Shown here piece by piece: positions 57,571 through 64,000 of a DNA stretch of 64,000 bases. Source of the stretch: Candidatus Latescibacterota bacterium (GTDB lineage: Bacteria > Latescibacterota > UBA2968 > UBA8231); assembly GCA_965200315.1 (NCBI GenBank), contig OZ241362.1, positions 2,240,001 to 2,304,000 of the forward strand, given 5' to 3'. The translations under genes were made by a program, and so were the position numbers. The notes beneath the pieces are model-generated. The model searched no databases and had not been told where the DNA came from. It saw only the letters and a program-made list of their open reading frames with translations. Every line of letters begins with the position of its first letter. The stretch's first letter is position 1.

Positions 57571-59343
57571 TCAACTCAAGGGCACAACCACCTCAAAGGT
57601 CGTGCCCTCGCCCGGCGCACTATGCACCAAGCTGATCTTGCCCTTGTGGTATTCTTCGACGATGCGCTTGACAAACACCAGCCCCAACCCCCAACCGCGC
57701 TTCTTGGTGCTGAACCCCGGCTCAAAGATGCGCTTGACGTGCTCGGGTTCAATGCCGCGCCCGTCGTCCTGAAACGCGATCTGCACGGCGCGGCTTGCGG
57801 GCAAAAGCTCCATGCGGATGCGCAAGCTGCCCGCCTGACCGTCCATGGCGTCCATGGCGTTCTTGCACAGATTCTCAAACGCCCAACTCATCAATTCGGC
57901 GTTGATCGGCACCGGGGGCAACTCGCCCAAGCATTCCAGTTTGATTTCCTGTCGCCCGAATTGCGGGACGCGACGCCGGAAGTACTCTGCCGTCTCCTCT
58001 AGCACGACTGCTAGGTCCTTTTCTTTTAATTCGGGTACCGAGCCGATCTGGCTGAAGCGCGAGGCGATTTGGTCGAGGCGGCGCATGTCCTGCTCTATCT
58101 CCCCGATCATCTGATCAACGCGCTGCCAACGCTCGTCTCGCTCCGACCCCGGAGCGGCGGCCTCACCGCGCAGCAGTTCTAGCCACCCGGATAGCGAGGA
58201 GAGCGGGGTGCCGAGTTGGTGGGCTGTCTCCTTGGCCATACCCACCCAGAGCGAGCGCTGTTGGCTGCGCTTAATGTTGCGGTAGCCGATATAGCCGACG
58301 AGCAGAAAGAGAACCAACACGCCAATCTGCACAAAAGGGGCGAGGGAAATGCGACCGACCAAACTCGTGTCGCCGTAGTGAATATAGTGCTCAGCCGGGA
58401 TCCTGAACTCTAGCGGTAGGCGCTGGCTGGCCAAGCTATCGACAAAGGCCCGGAGCTGGTCTTGCACCGCTTGAGTGGGATCGTCGCTGGCCAGCGGCAG
58501 CCCAGCCCCCACCCAAGCCCTAAATTGGCCCTCGGCGTCGGTGATGATTGCGTTGGTCTCGTCCCAATGCAGATAACTGAAGCTAGCGGCCGGTACGCTG
58601 AAGAGCAGCGGTTCTCCGGCTTCCATCTCCTGCAACGCCCGTTGCACCTCGGCGAGGGCCGCGGCCGAGGTGTCGCTGCTCGCTGGCAGATCCGTCCCCT
58701 GCCACACCGCGATGGCTCCTTGCGTATCCGCGATGATGACGCGGCCCCCCTCGCAGTAGAGTCGCCCCAAGGTCGCTGGCGACCAATAAAAGGGAATAGG
58801 TGGATTTTGGACGTCCATTTCCTCGATCAGCTCGTGTAGCCGAGCCGTCGAAGCGACCGGCGCGTCCACTGCTTCGCTGCGCCAAAAGGCCCAGTTGTCC
58901 AACAAGCTCGACGTATCGATGTCCTCGGCCTGGATGATCTCGCCGCGGTGATTGGTGATGATGCGCGGGAAATCGACCTTGGTGATCACCTCGGTAAAGA
59001 GGGTGGAAATTTGGCCTTCTGATGCCTGCGGCGTGAACGAGATCAGGTGCGCATAGAGATCGACCCGATTCTTTTCGTGTTCGCGCAATTCGGCGATGAT
59101 CGACTCGTTGTAGAGCAGGAAGGCCAAAATAGCGGCAATGCTGCCGAGGAAGATGTACGCGCGAAGAACCGGCGACGCGCCCAAGCTGGCTAGGGCATCG
59201 CGCCGCCAGCGCCGCCAGCCGCGCACGGGCGACGCACCTTTTGCCGATCGCGGCTGAGCATCCGCAGGCACCGCGATCTCCTCTATTGGAATCGAGTGGC
59301 GGTGACGGCGGCGTTTGGATGCAGTATGGTCGCGTTGACTCAT
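57571..59343 (-). CDS. Membrane sensor histidine kinase
   Basis: KETAHQLGTPLSSL (H-box), ENLCKNAMDA, DDGRGI, GWGLGL; start uncertain. Confidence 0.88.
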   Translation of the reverse strand: MSQRDHTASKRRRHRHSIPIEEIAVPADAQPRSAKGASPVRGWRRWRRDALASLGASPVLRAYIFLGSIAAILAFLLYNESIIAELREHEKNRVDLYAHLISFTPQASEGQISTLFTEVITKVDFPRIITNHRGEIIQAEDIDTSSLLDNWAFWRSEAVDAPVASTARLHELIEEMDVQNPPIPFYWSPATLGRLYCEGGRVIIADTQGAIAVWQGTDLPASSDTSAAALAEVQRALQEMEAGEPLLFSVPAASFSYLHWDETNAIITDAEGQFRAWVGAGLPLASDDPTQAVQDQLRAFVDSLASQRLPLEFRIPAEHYIHYGDTSLVGRISLAPFVQIGVLVLFLLVGYIGYRNIKRSQQRSLWVGMAKETAHQLGTPLSSLSGWLELLRGEAAAPGSERDERWQRVDQMIGEIEQDMRRLDQIASRFSQIGSVPELKEKDLAVVLEETAEYFRRRVPQFGRQEIKLECLGELPPVPINAELMSWAFENLCKNAMDAMDGQAGSLRIRMELLPASRAVQIAFQDDGRGIEPEHVKRIFEPGFSTKKRGWGLGLVFVKRIVEEYHKGKISLVHSAPGEGTTFEVVVPLS

Positions 59344-59415
59344 CGACAAGAAGAAAAAATCCATCGGCAGCGCGGTGCAGATGGATTTTTCACGCAAAAA
59401 CGAGGTGGGAAAGGG

Positions 59416-59874
59416 CTATTTCTTTTGAACTTGGGGTTCAGGCCCGGGCGTGAGAGGCTTTGTTGCTGCGCCATCCGGGCCACCTATTGCCGGCGACTGA
59501 CTCTTCTTCTCGTGGTTTTCCATCGAACAAGAGCCGTGGAAGATCGCGCCCTCGGCGACCGTGAACGAGTTGGTGTACACTTCACCGGTAAAGCGCGATT
59601 GCGTATCCAGCCGCACCTTATCGGCACGCACAGTGCCATTCACAAGGCCGTCGATGTACGCGTCTTTGCACTGCATCAAAGTAGCATCGGCCTCGCCCGA
59701 TTGGCTGATCGTCAGCTCTCCTGAGCAGGTCAGTTCGCCCTTGAATACGCCGTCTATTCTGACGCTGTTATCTACCGTCAGCTTGCCTTCAAAGCGGCTA
59801 CCGCGACCGATAATCGTATTGAGCGCTTGTCCGCTACTAGAAGTGGAGGCACCTCTCTTTTTGTTACTCAACAT
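59416..59874 (-). CDS. Bactofilin (polymer-forming cytoskeletal protein)
   Basis: TIIGRGSRFEGKL...VRIDG...GAIFHGSCSM. Confidence 0.88.
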   Translation of the reverse strand: MLSNKKRGASTSSSGQALNTIIGRGSRFEGKLTVDNSVRIDGVFKGELTCSGELTISQSGEADATLMQCKDAYIDGLVNGTVRADKVRLDTQSRFTGEVYTNSFTVAEGAIFHGSCSMENHEKKSQSPAIGGPDGAATKPLTPGPEPQVQKK

Positions 59875-59982
59875 TTCTTTTTGTCCTAATTAGGTTGCGC
59901 TTTGGCACGGCTCTTTAGCCGCTATGTGTGTAAATATACAACACGATTTAGCGGTGGGCGAACCACCAAGCGGCGCACTTTG

Positions 59983-61155
59983 TCAATGGGCCGAACGCTT
60001 TTTGCGGAAGGCCAGGGCCTTGCGAATCTCCCGCTGCTCCTGTAGCTGCTCACTAACCACCACGGCGGCCTCGCTGGTCAGGCTCTCGACCGAGGTCGTG
60101 GTAATCACCGGAATGCCGTGGACGGCACTCGCTTCGATGAGATAGTCCTGAATTTTGAGGATGTCCTCCAAGTGCTCCATATAGCGATGAGCCGAGCGCG
60201 ATGGCGCCTCGCTGGCGCGCTGGGCAAAGCGATCCTCAAAGGCATCGCGACCCGGCAGTTCCAAACAGATGGGCGTGATAAAGGCGTCGCCAGCGTACCG
60301 GTCTAAGTCCAACATGTCGCTGATCAGGTGTACGCCGTCGATGATGACGCTGGTGTTTTCCTCAATGCAGCGGCTGATAACGGCCTTGACCCCAACGCAG
60401 ACACTGCGCGCCTGCTCGCGAAAACCCGCGACGACCGCTTCGAGATGACCGACCGCAGGGACGACCTGCCAAGCGGAGTACGAGGAGGTGTGTAGGGCCG
60501 GCACCAGATCCTGTGCAAGCGTCAGACGCATAACTTGGCGCAAATCATCGGTAGCTACAACCCGAGGGATATCGAGCAAATTGGCCAGCGAAATCGCCAA
60601 GGTGGTCTTTCCAACCCCGCTGGCACCGCCAATGAGGATGATCAGGGGTTTATCTACATCGCCCCAAGCTCGCCACAGGTAGTAGCGCTCGGCAAAAGAC
60701 TTGTCAAAGGACTTTTCGATCAACTTGGCTGCCAGCTCTTCCAACTCCGAGTGCGAGATGCGCTGGTGGCGCTGGTCTATCAAGCGAGCTTCAATCGTCT
60801 GCGCAATCTCGTAGCTCTGGTCCGGGGGCAGCCCAGACGCCCGAATGGAATCCGCCAACAACTCCTTGGAGAAAGGACGCGACCCGCTTTTGCGCTCAAC
60901 GGTGATGGTGGTGGGCTGGCGCTCCCAGAAAATTAGGTCGCCGGCTTCGTATCGGCCGAATTTCTTGCGAATGGCTCTATGGACCAGCTGCACCATGTCC
61001 TTTTTGCGCACAAGCTCTACTTTCCCCAAAGACACGCGCACCGCATTGGCCACGGCGCGGGCGTCCTCGTAGCTGAAGCCGCGCTCAATTAGGTAATGCA
61101 CTAGCATCCCGCGCATGAAGGGGATGCGCTTTTTGCCATCGACTATGGTTGCCAC
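59983..61155 (-). CDS. 2-phosphoglycerate kinase family protein with two ATP-cone-like domains
   Basis: PFMRGML, PFSKELL, IGGASGVGKTT, TDDLRQVMR, LHTSSY, IIDGVHL. Confidence 0.8.
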   Translation of the reverse strand: MATIVDGKKRIPFMRGMLVHYLIERGFSYEDARAVANAVRVSLGKVELVRKKDMVQLVHRAIRKKFGRYEAGDLIFWERQPTTITVERKSGSRPFSKELLADSIRASGLPPDQSYEIAQTIEARLIDQRHQRISHSELEELAAKLIEKSFDKSFAERYYLWRAWGDVDKPLIILIGGASGVGKTTLAISLANLLDIPRVVATDDLRQVMRLTLAQDLVPALHTSSYSAWQVVPAVGHLEAVVAGFREQARSVCVGVKAVISRCIEENTSVIIDGVHLISDMLDLDRYAGDAFITPICLELPGRDAFEDRFAQRASEAPSRSAHRYMEHLEDILKIQDYLIEASAVHGIPVITTTSVESLTSEAAVVVSEQLQEQREIRKALAFRKKRSAH

Positions 61156-61170
61156 GATGCGTGGTCCCTT

Positions 61171-62118
61171 TTATGGCCTCGCGGCGCTGGAGTCTTCACA
61201 CGCCGCAATCGTCCGTTCCAATCCCTCGGCGAACCCAACCCTTGGCTCGTAACCCAACTCGGTCCGAGCGCGCGATATATCGGCTGACGAAAAGCGGACA
61301 TCACCCGCCCGAGGCGGGGCGAACATCGGCACCAACTCGGTCCCCAAAATCTGGTTGAGCGCGGCGATCAATTCCAGCAGCGACGCACTGCGACCACAGC
61401 CGATATTGTAGCGACGCCCGGCGACTCCCTGAGTAGTACTAGCCCTCATATTGGCCTCTACCACATCGCCGACATAGACAAAATCGCGCGACTGGTGGCC
61501 GTCGCCGAAAATGGTTGGCGACTCGCCGGCCCGCAGCCGCGCGACAAAAATCGAGATGACGCCCGAGTACGGAGACGACGGCACCTGCCGAGGGCCAAAG
61601 ACATTGAAGTAGCGCAAGCCAACCACCTCCAAGCCGTAGACCTGGCTATACACTCGGGCGTAGTACTCGCCCACGGCTTTGGAAACCGCGTAGGGCGACT
61701 CGGGTTCGGGCGTCATGTCCTCGCGCTTGGGCATTTGCGGGTTGTTGCCATACACCGAGGCCGAACTGGCAAAAACCACGCGACGGACCCCGGCTTGCCG
61801 CGCTGCTTCCAACAGCCGCAGCGTTCCCACGGCGTTGACTTCCTGCTCGACGAGGGGCTGCTCAACCGAAGCAGGCACCGACACGATGGCTGCGTGGTGC
61901 AGGACGCAATCGACCTGCTGCACCACCTCGGCGAGCAAGGCCGTGTCGCGGATATCGCCTTCGACGAACTCTATTTCGCTTAGGATGTCGGCCAAGTTTT
62001 CGCGCCGCCCCGTGCTCAAATCGTCTAGCACCCGCACTGCGTGCCCCTCTGCACACAAGCGCTGACAAAGGTGAGAACCAATAAATCCTGCTCCGCCCGT
62101 GACCAAATACCGACTCAT
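61171..62118 (-). CDS. NAD-dependent nucleotide-sugar epimerase/dehydratase
   Basis: TGGAGFIGSH, YAVSK, LRYFNVFGPRQ, RDFVYV. Confidence 0.9.
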   Translation of the reverse strand: MSRYLVTGGAGFIGSHLCQRLCAEGHAVRVLDDLSTGRRENLADILSEIEFVEGDIRDTALLAEVVQQVDCVLHHAAIVSVPASVEQPLVEQEVNAVGTLRLLEAARQAGVRRVVFASSASVYGNNPQMPKREDMTPEPESPYAVSKAVGEYYARVYSQVYGLEVVGLRYFNVFGPRQVPSSPYSGVISIFVARLRAGESPTIFGDGHQSRDFVYVGDVVEANMRASTTQGVAGRRYNIGCGRSASLLELIAALNQILGTELVPMFAPPRAGDVRFSSADISRARTELGYEPRVGFAEGLERTIAACEDSSAARP

Positions 62119-62305
62119 ATTTCCTCGCATCAAAGTTGGCCGCGCTAATATAGCAACGCCAAAGCGACCGCGCACAACGCCTTTAACAGCGCAATCGACT
62201 TGTTGATTTTCGCCTGTGCTTGTATATTTGCAAAGCTCACACGAGGCGGTGTGGGAGGCCATGGCGAATGCTGTGGCCTTTTTTGTTTATTAGCTCTATC
62301 ACCCT

Positions 62306-63786
<1,481 letters not shown>

Positions 63787-63790
<4 letters not shown>

Positions 63791-64000
63791 TCATCGCCGG
63801 TGATGTCGGCGGCACCAAAACGTACCTCGCCGCTTTCGACTCAGCCGCTCAAGGCTTTGCCCCCCTCGTCGAGCGGCGTTACCAAACTGCGTCCTACCCC
63901 ACTGCCGGTACGCTACTCAGGGCCTTTGCCGACGAAACGCAGATCAACCCCAGTCGCACGGTCTTAGGCGTCCCCGGCCCTGTCCACCAGCTTCCCGTCC
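63787..64000 (+). CDS. glk: Glucokinase (5' part, truncated by window edge)
   Basis: GTG overlapping the zwf stop; MIIAGDVGGTKT...LGVPGPV. Confidence 0.85.

Noticed and set aside
59903-59919. TGGCACG sigma54-like half-site near the bactofilin gene
   Set aside because: Wrong GG-to-GC spacing and wrong orientation for the downstream gene.

Overview
Bacterial chromosomal window with a GC-rich backbone. Gene content (PhyH dioxygenases, ankyrin protein, PorX-like regulator, Omp85-peptidase fusion, BMC shell gene) suggests an FCB-group organism such as Latescibacterota/Gemmatimonadota; this is inference. The backbone carries housekeeping and metabolic genes (parE-parC, rpe, pepF, a sigma factor, arfB, rpsR, rpsU, csp, frdABCD, dgoD, IlvD-family, tsaE, zwf, glk). 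It is interrupted by five visibly AT-richer cassettes: (1) a complete YcaO/azole RiPP cluster (1-7280) with two tandem Cys/His-rich precursors, a Cys-rich upstream ORF and a sigma54-type promoter; (2) a BanI-like restriction pseudogene plus an amino-methyltransferase; (3) a four-gene operon I do not recognise, encoding a tandem-S1/wHTH protein, two small helical proteins and a membrane-anchored UPF1/DNA2-like SF1 helicase (candidate new defence system); (4) Mrr plus an N4-C methyltransferase; (5) a PIN toxin-antitoxin pair. Cassettes 2 and 3 are each bracketed by an almost entirely synonymously recoded duplicate of the 3' end of the adjacent host gene, and no integrase is present. Two orphan type I-C-like CRISPR repeats abut the frdA start codon.
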